From Candidatus Aquitaenariimonas noxiae (lineage in GTDB: Bacteria > Omnitrophota > Gorgyraeia > Aquitaenariimonadales > Aquitaenariimonadaceae), in assembly GCA_002780005.1 (NCBI GenBank), contig PEWV01000071.1, forward strand, positions 2,188 through 66,187: a stretch of 64,000 bases of DNA. The letters are read 5' to 3'. The translations under genes and the position numbers were made by a program. Under the pieces are notes generated by a model that was not told where the DNA came from, searched no databases, and saw only the letters and a list, made by a program, of their open reading frames with translations. Positions within the stretch are counted from its first letter, which is position 1, and every line of letters begins with the position of its first letter. Shown here one piece after another: positions 49,622-58,750 of this stretch.

Positions 49622-50623
49622 ATGTATTATTTAAACAAAATAGATTCTCTTAAAAATATCTTCGGAAACAATAGTGTTTCCTTGGGAAAAGATTATCTCA
49701 CTGTGAATAATAAAGAATTCCCTATTATTAACGATGTGATAATAGTTCTGGAACCCTCTAAATTACCAGATGCGGTTAAGAAACGATTATCCTACGGTGC
49801 GGAAAATAACACACCCGTATCAGAATTTGCAGAAGATATTCAGTTTACATTCAGCGCGGAATGGAAAAAATACTCTGCCATCTTACCAGAGCATCAGAGT
49901 GAATTTAAGGCCTACTTTGACTTAGTTGATTTAGAAAGCTTGAAAAACTCCAGAGTATGTGACCTAGGGTGCGGAATCGGCAGGTGGAGTCATTTCTTGA
50001 AAGATAAATGTAAAGAACTTGTTTTAGTTGATTTTTCAGAGTCTATTTTTCTTGCCAGGGAGAATCTACGTGAAGCTGATAATGCGATTTTTCTTATGGC
50101 AGACATAAACGGTTTGCCATTAAAAGAGAAATTTGCTGATTTTTTGTTTTGTCTAGGGGTTCTGCACCACCTTCCCGTTAACGCCTTACATGAAGTAAGG
50201 AGATTAAAAAAATATTCTTCAACAATATTAGTTTATTTGTATTATTCTTTAGATAACCGCCCTTTTCATTTTCGAATACTACTTTCTTTGATCACTTTTA
50301 TTCGGCTATCCGTGTCACGCAATAGAAATGAGTTTTTCCGGTCTGCTTTTACGTATTTTGTGGCAAGTTTTATTTATTTCCCCTTAATTAAACTCGGAGA
50401 GATCTTCAGTTTTTTTAAAATTTCTCATTTTATTCCTATTTATGACGGGTACCGGAACAAGAGTCTACTAAGGATACGGCAGGATGTTTATGACCGGTTT
50501 TTTACTCGCATAGAACAGCGTTTTAGCCGGAAAGATATTATGGGCCTGAGCGACACTTTTGCAGATATTAAAATTTCCGAATATTGGCCATATTGGCATT
50601 TTTTATGTAAGGACCCTCTATGA
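49622..50623 (+). CDS. Class I SAM-dependent methyltransferase
   Basis: Motif I VCDLGCGIGRWS and post-I LVDFS. FCLGVLHHLP region. Confidence 0.65.
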   Translation: MYYLNKIDSLKNIFGNNSVSLGKDYLTVNNKEFPIINDVIIVLEPSKLPDAVKKRLSYGAENNTPVSEFAEDIQFTFSAEWKKYSAILPEHQSEFKAYFDLVDLESLKNSRVCDLGCGIGRWSHFLKDKCKELVLVDFSESIFLARENLREADNAIFLMADINGLPLKEKFADFLFCLGVLHHLPVNALHEVRRLKKYSSTILVYLYYSLDNRPFHFRILLSLITFIRLSVSRNRNEFFRSAFTYFVASFIYFPLIKLGEIFSFFKISHFIPIYDGYRNKSLLRIRQDVYDRFFTRIEQRFSRKDIMGLSDTFADIKISEYWPYWHFLCKDPL

Positions 50624-52011
50624 ACAAATCCTTGGAGTATAGGCTTTGGATTATTTTTTTCTTCTATACTGCATTTGTATCGCTTTTTATTCAGTTAATA
50701 TTACTTCCGTATTTTTTTTCTTCATGGCATGCGGGTAATGGTTTATTGACTAGCTCGCTGGATTCGCTAAGTTTTCATAAAAGTGCGGTAGATTTGGCAC
50801 AAAAAATCCACGTTTATGGCTGGTCTGTTTGGGAGCTACGCCCTAAGGGTCAAAGCCCCGTAGGTGTCGTTGCCGCTATTTATGCGTTAACTACAGCAAA
50901 ACCCTGGGTACTTATTCCCTTGAGTGCATTTCTTCATGCTACTGCAGCTATTATATTGCTTAAAATGATCCTGCTATTTTTACCTGATTGGAAAAAAGCG
51001 ATTTGGTGCGTATTGCCATTCGTTTTTTATCCCACGGCGGCCCTCTGGTATGCCCAAATTCATAAAGATGGATATTCCATTTTAGGACTACTGATGATAA
51101 TTTATGGTTTGATTATTTTGAGCAAGCATATTTTTATCAGGAAGGAATATTTAAAATTAACAAAAGGGTTTTTAATAATTTTATTTGGAACGTTTCTCAT
51201 ATGGTTGGTTAGGCCTTATTTAATGACCTATACCAATATGCTGACGTGTCTTTTTATCTCAATAGTTTTCGGTTTTTTGATCTTTATGTTTTTTAAAAAA
51301 AATATTAGGATAAAAACTCTTTCTCTAAATCTTTTTTTATTTATACTTTTGATATTGCTGCTTTCGCCAGAAAATATTTTTAGCTGGACTTTTAAAAAGT
51401 TTGAAGGTACCAAAACAATTACGCAAGATTTGACTAAGAGCAATAAGAACATAGCTGGCCCTATAAGCCCTAGCCACGAAACTAAAGGCGCTATACCGAC
51501 TACTACTACTAATGTGACTGATAAGGCCAGAGCTGGTTTTATAGCAAATAATGTTATTAAAATTAATCTAGCCAGGACTGGTTTTATAATGGCGAATCAT
51601 GCAGTGGACGCAAAAAGCGCTATCGATAACAATATAAATTTTAATACCTTATCAGATGTCATTTCTTACATCCCACGCGCGCTTCAAATTGTTTTTCTTT
51701 CTCCATTTCCTACAGATTGGTTTAAGCAAGGGACTTTTGAATCTAATACTTTAATGCGAAGAATTACAGGCGTTGAAATGCTGGGTGTTTACTTTTCTCT
51801 CATATTCTTGCCCTTTGCTGCATTTTATTGGAGAAAACAGATTGAGTTTTGGTTGGTTATTTTATTCTGCACAATTTTATTATTACTTCTTGGATTAATA
51901 ATAAATAATATTGGAACCCTGTGCCGCTTTCGCTATGGCTTGCTTATGACTATTGTAGCATTGGGCGTAGCAGGGTTTATTAAACTGCTTGAGGTTAAGT
52001 CAAAGAAATGA
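50620..52011 (+). CDS. Polytopic membrane protein with a 120-aa Thr-rich extracytoplasmic loop (candidate Wzy-type polymerase)
   Basis: About 10-12 TM helices. Central hydrophilic loop containing PTTTTNVTD. No recognisable catalytic motifs, so the assignment is by context only. Confidence 0.35.
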   Translation: MNKSLEYRLWIIFFFYTAFVSLFIQLILLPYFFSSWHAGNGLLTSSLDSLSFHKSAVDLAQKIHVYGWSVWELRPKGQSPVGVVAAIYALTTAKPWVLIPLSAFLHATAAIILLKMILLFLPDWKKAIWCVLPFVFYPTAALWYAQIHKDGYSILGLLMIIYGLIILSKHIFIRKEYLKLTKGFLIILFGTFLIWLVRPYLMTYTNMLTCLFISIVFGFLIFMFFKKNIRIKTLSLNLFLFILLILLLSPENIFSWTFKKFEGTKTITQDLTKSNKNIAGPISPSHETKGAIPTTTTNVTDKARAGFIANNVIKINLARTGFIMANHAVDAKSAIDNNINFNTLSDVISYIPRALQIVFLSPFPTDWFKQGTFESNTLMRRITGVEMLGVYFSLIFLPFAAFYWRKQIEFWLVILFCTILLLLLGLIINNIGTLCRFRYGLLMTIVALGVAGFIKLLEVKSKK

Positions 52012-52023
52012 AAATAAAATAAT

Positions 52024-53913
52024 ATGTGCGGAATTTGTGGAATAGTTAATAAAAATGTCGATGATGTAACACTTAGGTCGATGTGTAAAAAATTAACTCA
52101 TCGCGGACCTGATGATGAGGGCATTTATATCAGCCATGGAACAAATGTGTCGGTCGGACTGGGACACAGGCGGCTTAGTATTATTGATCTTTCGATGAAT
52201 GCGCACCAGCCGATCTCAAATGAAGACGGGACAGCATGGTTAATTATAAACGGAGAAATATATAACTACCAAAAATTAAGAGAACAATTAGAGCTTAAAG
52301 GGCACCGATTTCGCTCCAGCAGCGATTCGGAAGTAGTTATTCATCTTTATGAAGATTTCGGAGAAAAATGCCTGCTTCATTTGAGAGGAGCGTTTGCCTT
52401 TGCCATATGGGATGAAAAACAAGATAAACTTTTCTTAGCGCGGGATAGGATCGGCAAAAAACCGATCATCTATTATTATGACGGCCAGACCTTTTGTTTT
52501 GCGTCAGAGTTTTCGGCATTGCTCGAGTCCGGCTTTGTTAAAAAGGAGATAAACTACGAAGCTATTCATCACTATCTAACTTTTGGTTATGTGCCGGCTC
52601 CGAATACAATTTATAAGAAAGTATTTAAACTATTGCCGGCTCATTATTGTAGTTATCAAAATGGCAAGCTTGATTTTACAAAGTATTGGGATCTGGATTA
52701 TGCTAATAAAATCGTCATTTCGGAAGAAGAGGCTGCTATTGAGCTTATTAAAATTTTAAAGGAGGCGACACGCTTGCGGTTAATTAGCGACGTCCCGCTA
52801 GGTGCATTTTTAAGCGGCGGCGTAGACTCGAGCGCTGTTGTGGCTTTAATGAGCCAGTTGACCAACAAAGTAAAAACATTCTCCATAGGATTCGAAGACG
52901 AGGATTTTAATGAATTAAAATATGCCAGAAATGTTGCTAAAAAATATGCGACTGACCATAAAGAATTTATTGTGAAACCTAAGGCCTTGGAAATATTGCC
53001 GCTTTTGGTTGAGCGCTATGGTGAGCCGTATGCGGATTCTTCAGCAATTCCTACTTACTATGTTTCAAAGGAGACGAGTAAATATGTTAAAGTAGCCTTA
53101 AATGGTGACGGAGGCGATGAATCTTTTGCCGGTTACGAACGATATCAGGTTATGAAAATAGCCGAAAAATATAATCGCCTCCCGGCAATTATGCGAAATA
53201 TAATAACGCAAATGGCTATGCGCGTACTACCTGATTCTGTTAATTTTAAAGATAAGCGCAGAAGGTTAAGGCGTTTTCTTGAGAATATATCAGCGCCTTT
53301 TTATTCTCGATATTGCCACTGGGTATCACTAATAGACGATATTTCCAAGAATAGTTTGTACAGCGAAAATTTTAAGATGTGGATTGAAACGGGTGACTGT
53401 GCAAACTGGATCCGCGATTTTACTAATTTGCCTCATAATATGGAGCTCGTAGATCGCTTAATGGCAATTGACATCAAGACAAACCTTGCCAATGATCTGG
53501 TCGTTAAAATGGATATTGCCAGCATGGCCAATTCCATCGAGACACGCTCGCCTTTCCTAGATCAGGAGGTAATGCAATTTGCGGCAAGATTGCCTGCCAA
53601 TTTCAAGCTAAAAGGATCAGTAAAAAAATATATCTTAAAAAAAGGCCTTAAGGATCTAGTCCCTCGGGAGAACATGAACCGGCCAAAGATGGGATTTGGC
53701 GTACCGGTGGGAAGGTGGTTACGTGGGGAGTTGAAGGGGTATACACAGGAAGTTTTATTATCGAAAAATTCACTTAATCGCGGCTATTTCGACCAAGAAA
53801 AGCTTAAATACTACATAAATGAACATATTGACGGAAAAAAAGATCACGGGTACGGAGTGTGGGCATTATTGATGCTCGAACTGTGGCACCAAATATTCAT
53901 CGATAAGCACTAA
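52024..53913 (+). CDS. Asparagine synthetase B-type amidotransferase (second paralogue)
   Basis: MCGICGIV Ntn-GATase start. SGGVDSSAV PP-loop. 629 aa. Confidence 0.8.
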   Translation: MCGICGIVNKNVDDVTLRSMCKKLTHRGPDDEGIYISHGTNVSVGLGHRRLSIIDLSMNAHQPISNEDGTAWLIINGEIYNYQKLREQLELKGHRFRSSSDSEVVIHLYEDFGEKCLLHLRGAFAFAIWDEKQDKLFLARDRIGKKPIIYYYDGQTFCFASEFSALLESGFVKKEINYEAIHHYLTFGYVPAPNTIYKKVFKLLPAHYCSYQNGKLDFTKYWDLDYANKIVISEEEAAIELIKILKEATRLRLISDVPLGAFLSGGVDSSAVVALMSQLTNKVKTFSIGFEDEDFNELKYARNVAKKYATDHKEFIVKPKALEILPLLVERYGEPYADSSAIPTYYVSKETSKYVKVALNGDGGDESFAGYERYQVMKIAEKYNRLPAIMRNIITQMAMRVLPDSVNFKDKRRRLRRFLENISAPFYSRYCHWVSLIDDISKNSLYSENFKMWIETGDCANWIRDFTNLPHNMELVDRLMAIDIKTNLANDLVVKMDIASMANSIETRSPFLDQEVMQFAARLPANFKLKGSVKKYILKKGLKDLVPRENMNRPKMGFGVPVGRWLRGELKGYTQEVLLSKNSLNRGYFDQEKLKYYINEHIDGKKDHGYGVWALLMLELWHQIFIDKH

Positions 53914-53918
53914 TTCAA

Positions 53919-55124
53919 ATGGATACCAAAAAACAAAAGAAAATCAAAGTCTTACGCATAATTGCCAGGCTTAACATCGGAGGCCCTGCAATTCATGCAA
54001 TATTGCTTACCGGGGGAATTGATAAAAACCGGTTCGAGACCGTATTGGTTAGCGGCGTAACTAGCAAAGGTGAAGGAGATATGTTTTACCTAGCAAAAGA
54101 GAAGAATGTAAATCCTGTAATTATTCAAGAGTTGGGTCGAAACCTGAATATTCGTAATGATATTATCGCATTTTTTAAAATATACAAGCTCCTTAATAAA
54201 GAAAAACCGGATATTATCCATACGCACACAGCCAAGGCCGGCGCCCTGGGACGTCTTGCGGGAATCTTTTACAGATTCTTTTCGTGGAATAAATGCATAT
54301 TAATACATACATTCCACGGCCACATATTCCATAGCTATTTTGATAACTTAAGCACAAAACTATTTCTTTGGACAGAAAGATTCCTTGCTCGTTTTACAGA
54401 TACAATAATAACCATATCAAAGCAGCAATATTACGAGATAAAAAATGTATTCAAAGTCAGCTCAAAAGATAACATTGAAGTTATCCCTTTAGGCTTTGAT
54501 TTAGAGCCGTATCTTAATTCACTCCGGAAAGAGGGTAACTTTAGAAAAGACTTAAAAGTATCTGATAATGAAATACTTGTAGGCATCGTGGGAAGACTTG
54601 TGCCTATAAAAAATCACAGGTTATTATTGGAAGCTGCCAGCCAAATTAACGGAGATTTGGCCGGAAGGATAAAATTTATAATAATAGGGGATGGAGAATT
54701 AAAAGCTACATTAGTGGATTATGCGAAAGATTTAAGCATGGAAAACCGAGTAATCTTCGCGGGATGGCGCAAAGATCTCTATGAGATTTATCCGGATCTG
54801 GACATAGTTGCACTTACTTCATTAAACGAAGGCACTCCAATTTCAGTAATAGAGGCTATGGCGTGCGCTCGTCCTGTTATAGCTTCAGATGTGGGCGGCG
54901 TAAAGGATTTAATAGAAGATGGCGTAACAGGAATACTTTTTAGGCGAAATAACTCGAAAGAGCTGTCTAGCGCTATCATCCGCTTAGCTCAAGACGAAAT
55001 ATTAAGGAAAAAAATTGGGGATACGGCAAGAAACAAGGTTCGGGAGATCTATTCTGCAAAGCGGCTGGTCAGAGATATAGAAAATTTATATGAAAACTTA
55101 ATAAGGGAGCGGGAGGAAAAATGA
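53919..55124 (+). CDS. Glycosyltransferase family 4
   Basis: VLRIIARLNIGGPAIH N-terminus. EGTPISVIEAMACARPVIASDVGG EX7E motif. Confidence 0.75.
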   Translation: MDTKKQKKIKVLRIIARLNIGGPAIHAILLTGGIDKNRFETVLVSGVTSKGEGDMFYLAKEKNVNPVIIQELGRNLNIRNDIIAFFKIYKLLNKEKPDIIHTHTAKAGALGRLAGIFYRFFSWNKCILIHTFHGHIFHSYFDNLSTKLFLWTERFLARFTDTIITISKQQYYEIKNVFKVSSKDNIEVIPLGFDLEPYLNSLRKEGNFRKDLKVSDNEILVGIVGRLVPIKNHRLLLEAASQINGDLAGRIKFIIIGDGELKATLVDYAKDLSMENRVIFAGWRKDLYEIYPDLDIVALTSLNEGTPISVIEAMACARPVIASDVGGVKDLIEDGVTGILFRRNNSKELSSAIIRLAQDEILRKKIGDTARNKVREIYSAKRLVRDIENLYENLIREREEK

Positions 55125-56089
55125 GAGTACTAATTACCGGGGGAATGGGGTTTATAGGATCGCACTTAGCCGATGAATTATTGAAAAAAGGACATGCGGT
55201 TTCCTTAGTCGACAATCTATCAACTGGGAACATCGATAACATAAAAAATATAAAAGATCATAAGAATTTGTCTTTTAAGATCGAGAGCATAATGAATGAA
55301 AAGGCAATGCGCACGTTCATAAAGAAATGCGATATGGTCTATCACCTTGCAGCCGCTGTCGGGGTGAAGTATATAATTGACAACCCATTAGAATCAATAC
55401 AGGTAAACGTTAAAGGAACCGAAATAGTGCTGGAACTGGCTAATGAATACGGCAAGAAGAAAGTGATCATAGCCTCTACCTCGGAAGTCTACGGTAAGAA
55501 TGTGGATGGGGTGCGGGCTTTCAAGGAAAATGACGACAGGGTCTTGGGGTCAACTACGATTTCACGATGGAGTTACGCATCCACCAAGTCCCTCGATGAA
55601 TTTTTGGCCCTTGCTTACTACAGAGAAAAAAAATTACCTGTCGTAATAGTGCGGCTATTTAACACGGTCGGCCCTCGTCAGACAGGGCACTACGGCATGG
55701 TAGTCCCGCGTTTTATAAAACAGGCGCTAATGAACCACCCATTGACAGTTTATGGGGACGGAAAGCAGACAAGAAGCTTCACATATGTATCAGACGTAGT
55801 CAAGGCAATAATCGCACTGGCTGAAAGCAGGAAAGCAGAAGGCGAAATATTCAACATAGGCAACCCTAAGGGAATTACTATAGAGGAATTGGCAAAAAAG
55901 ATAAAAAAAATGACAAATAGCCAATCAGAAATAGCTTACATTCCATATGAAAAGGCTTATGAAAAAGGCTTTGAAGACATGAGGCACAGAATGCCGAACA
56001 TAGATAAATTAAAACATTTTATCGGGTTTTCACCCGAAACAGATATAGATGATATATTGACGAAAACAATCGATTATTTTGAAAAATAA
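55121..56089 (+). CDS. NAD-dependent epimerase/dehydratase (UDP-sugar 4-epimerase/UXS-like extended SDR)
   Basis: VLITGGMGFIGSHL and YASTKS YxxxK motif. Confidence 0.75.
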   Translation: MRVLITGGMGFIGSHLADELLKKGHAVSLVDNLSTGNIDNIKNIKDHKNLSFKIESIMNEKAMRTFIKKCDMVYHLAAAVGVKYIIDNPLESIQVNVKGTEIVLELANEYGKKKVIIASTSEVYGKNVDGVRAFKENDDRVLGSTTISRWSYASTKSLDEFLALAYYREKKLPVVIVRLFNTVGPRQTGHYGMVVPRFIKQALMNHPLTVYGDGKQTRSFTYVSDVVKAIIALAESRKAEGEIFNIGNPKGITIEELAKKIKKMTNSQSEIAYIPYEKAYEKGFEDMRHRMPNIDKLKHFIGFSPETDIDDILTKTIDYFEK

Positions 56090-56106
56090 GGGATGGTATT
56101 AAAAAA

Positions 56107-58365
56107 ATGAAGATACAATTCGTCATTCTGGTCGCATTTTTAATTTCAATAGCTGTATCGTATTTGCTTACCCCTTTGGCGCGAAACATGGCTTTTAAAT
56201 TCAATGTTCTAGATCGCCCGAATAAAAGGAAGGTCCACATCAAACCGGTACCTTTATTAGGCGGGGTAGCTATTTACATTGCCTTCTTTTCGGCTTTATT
56301 GTTTACCACTGCCTTAACTAAGCAAATTCTTGGTTTATTTATCGGAAGCACTATTCTGTTAATTACAGGTATAATCGATGATAGGCAGGGGATGTCGCCG
56401 CGAACAAAACTTTTAGCGCAATTAGTAGCAGCGCTTATCGTGACACGGTTAGGCATAAAGACAATATTTTTACCGGATTATTATCTAAACTTTTTTGTTA
56501 CTTGTTTCTGGATCGTTGGCATAACAAATGCTTTTAACTTGCTGGACAATCTCAACGGCCTTTCGGCCGGCTTAGCGGCTATCTCCGCTATGTTTCTATG
56601 CATCTTGGGACTTCATAGCGGCCAAACGGACCTGCCCATTCTGGCCATAGCGCTTACTGGCTCATGTATAGGTTTTCTTCGCTATAACTTTCCGAAAGCA
56701 AGTATATTTATGGGTGACGCAGGAAGTATGTTCCTCGGATTTATATTATCGAGTATTGCGGTATTGGGCAATTGGAAGGCTGTCACGGTTCCGTTTTCCC
56801 TGTGCATTCCTATCTTGATATTGGCATACCCAATTTTTGATACAACGCTGGTTGTTATAAGCAGGCTCCTGAACAAGAGGCCTATTTATATAGGCGGCAA
56901 AGATCATTCTTCGCATCGCCTTGCAATTATAGGATTAAAGCGTCGTAAAGCGGTCCTGTTTATTTTCATAGTGACTTTCTTTTTGGGATTAAGCGGAGTA
57001 TTGATGTCAAAAGTTGACTATAAGGCCGGTATTATTGTCTTAGCGTCTGTATTTTTAGGCATTCTCATCTTTGGAATAAGACTCGGCACTGTAAATGTTT
57101 ATAGAAATAACATAAAGAATGGCAAAATGAACTTCATAAATCCTTATGCAAAAGAAAAACTAATTAAAATCTTTAGCGAGATTACAACGTATAGCGTTTA
57201 TCTCATCCCATTCTGCTTGTCCATTTCAAAAGCGCTTTTGGAAACAGCTATATCGATAGCGATGATAAGTTGGATCATACAAAAACTGTTAAAAAAAGAA
57301 TATAAGATAAACCATACGCCTCTCAATCTTCCCATAATCGTATTTTTTATGGCCGTATCCCTTTCATTGATCAATACCGAATTTGTCGGGGAAAGTTTGA
57401 AAGATTTATTTTTTAAAACAGGGGAGTATGTGTTTCTTTTCTTCATAGTAGTAGATACCATCGATAATAAACAAAAACTAAACAAAGTTTTTATATCTTT
57501 GGCCGCTGCAAGTATCGTTGCGGGTTTAGCGGCAGCTTTGCAGCCTATAACTAAATATGACTTTATCCGCTGGAGGCTTAGCTTTATTGAAGGCAAAGTC
57601 GCCGGACCATTCGGCATACCAAACACCTTCGCAGCATGGTGTATCACATTGTTGCCTATATGGTTAAGTTTGTTTCTATGTGATATAAAAAACAAAATAT
57701 TGAAACTTTTTGTAGGCTGTTTAACAATTTTACTTTTAGCGGCGTTTTTTATGAGTAAGGTAAGGGGCGCTCATTTAGCGCTTGCAGGGGCTTTGTTTTT
57801 TTTCGTCATACTTAAAGGAAAGAATATTAAATTGATGTTTACAGTTATGATATTACCTATCATAGCCACTTTAATCGCAAACGTCTTTTTCTTATTCAGC
57901 ATTGCTGCGTACATACAGTATAAAGATAGACTTTCGTGGTGGGGAACAGCGTTAAATATGATACAGACCCATCCTATAATCGGCGTTGGAGCTAATAATT
58001 TTATCAGCGTTTTTCCAAAATACAATTTAGATCCGAGTTCAACGCCGGCGTATGCGCACAATTGCTATCTTCAATTGATGGCAGAGTGCGGAATACTTGG
58101 ATTCTTGATCTTTTCATGGATGATAGTCATATTATTCAAAATGGGGATTGCTAATTACATACGCATTAAAGACACTGTGGAAGGAAGCCTGCTTCTCGGC
58201 GTCATGGTAGGCATAGTTGCCATGCTGCTGCACAGTTTTGTAGATACGAATTTGTATTCACTTCAATTAGTAATATTACTATGGTTTCTGATGGGTATTG
58301 TCGGTAGTTTTTCAATAATTTACATAGGGCGTCACAAAAGTGCCGCCCTTGATTACAGTGATTAA
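56107..58365 (+). CDS. Fusion protein: N-terminal WecA/MraY-family polyprenyl-phosphate N-acetylhexosamine-1-phosphate transferase joined to a C-terminal O-antigen ligase/polymerase (Wzy_C) domain
   Basis: N-terminal 330 aa: KPVPLLGGVAIYIAF, ITNAFNLLDNLNGLSAGL and MGDAGSMFLG, which are MraY/WecA motifs. C-terminal 400 aa: about 8 more TM helices and the Wzy_C signature (PIIGVGANNF..AYAHNCYLQLMAECGILG). Confidence 0.75.
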   Translation: MKIQFVILVAFLISIAVSYLLTPLARNMAFKFNVLDRPNKRKVHIKPVPLLGGVAIYIAFFSALLFTTALTKQILGLFIGSTILLITGIIDDRQGMSPRTKLLAQLVAALIVTRLGIKTIFLPDYYLNFFVTCFWIVGITNAFNLLDNLNGLSAGLAAISAMFLCILGLHSGQTDLPILAIALTGSCIGFLRYNFPKASIFMGDAGSMFLGFILSSIAVLGNWKAVTVPFSLCIPILILAYPIFDTTLVVISRLLNKRPIYIGGKDHSSHRLAIIGLKRRKAVLFIFIVTFFLGLSGVLMSKVDYKAGIIVLASVFLGILIFGIRLGTVNVYRNNIKNGKMNFINPYAKEKLIKIFSEITTYSVYLIPFCLSISKALLETAISIAMISWIIQKLLKKEYKINHTPLNLPIIVFFMAVSLSLINTEFVGESLKDLFFKTGEYVFLFFIVVDTIDNKQKLNKVFISLAAASIVAGLAAALQPITKYDFIRWRLSFIEGKVAGPFGIPNTFAAWCITLLPIWLSLFLCDIKNKILKLFVGCLTILLLAAFFMSKVRGAHLALAGALFFFVILKGKNIKLMFTVMILPIIATLIANVFFLFSIAAYIQYKDRLSWWGTALNMIQTHPIIGVGANNFISVFPKYNLDPSSTPAYAHNCYLQLMAECGILGFLIFSWMIVILFKMGIANYIRIKDTVEGSLLLGVMVGIVAMLLHSFVDTNLYSLQLVILLWFLMGIVGSFSIIYIGRHKSAALDYSD

Positions 58366-58474
58366 AAATGCAGATTACAGAAATTATTTACCGACGTAAC
58401 AATCACTGTAATCTATTTGAAATCGCTGTAATCATAGGCTGGAACGAGTTTCGTGACAGCCTAATAATTTACAG
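58351..58474 (+). promoter_or_regulatory. Operator-like array of an 8-bp motif, nested inverted repeats: GATTACAG x2 then CTGTAATC x2, plus a degenerate fifth copy at the RBS
   Basis: GATTACAG at 58351 and 58373. CTGTAATC at 58406 and 58426. Inner and outer pairs share a centre near 58392/58393. ATTTACAG at 58467 sits immediately upstream of the RBS of the LexA-like gene. Confidence 0.6.
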
Positions 58475-58491
58475 AAAAGGAGGAGGTATTT

Positions 58492-58722
58492 ATGAAAGAA
58501 CATAGTCTCACAACAAAGCAGAAAGTTGTTTATGACTACGTAAAGAATTATCTCGAAATGAATAAAAGATCTCCTTTCATACGGGAGATACAGGAGGCGT
58601 GTCAAATAAACTCCTACAAAGGGGCTGTTGACAAGCTTCTCGCGCTGGAAAAGAAAGGATATATCACTCGAAAGCTCAATAAGCACCGCGGCATAATGCT
58701 TAACGGCGCAGAAAATAATTAA
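58492..58722 (+). CDS. Small winged-helix transcription regulator homologous to the LexA N-terminal DNA-binding domain (no S24 peptidase domain)
   Basis: LTTKQKVVYDYVKNYLEMNKRSPFIREIQEAC..SYKGAVDKLLALEKKGYITRK..HRGIML aligns with the LexA DBD pattern LTxRQxxV..I..G.PPTxxEI...G..S.....HLxALxxKGxI.....xRGIxL. Strong RBS AAGGAGGAGG. Confidence 0.7.
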   Translation: MKEHSLTTKQKVVYDYVKNYLEMNKRSPFIREIQEACQINSYKGAVDKLLALEKKGYITRKLNKHRGIMLNGAENN

Positions 58723-58750
58723 CATCTAAGCCAATCGGAAGCGATTAAAC

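Noticed and set aside
57198-57695. 165-aa minus-strand ORF
   Set aside because: It lies antisense inside the WecA-ligase fusion gene and is a spurious ORF.
58351-58474. Classical SOS box (CTGT-N8-ACAG) for the LexA-like protein
   Set aside because: CTGT and ACAG half-sites occur, but never with the 8-nt spacing of the E. coli-type box. The sites are reported instead as a novel 8-mer nested inverted-repeat array.
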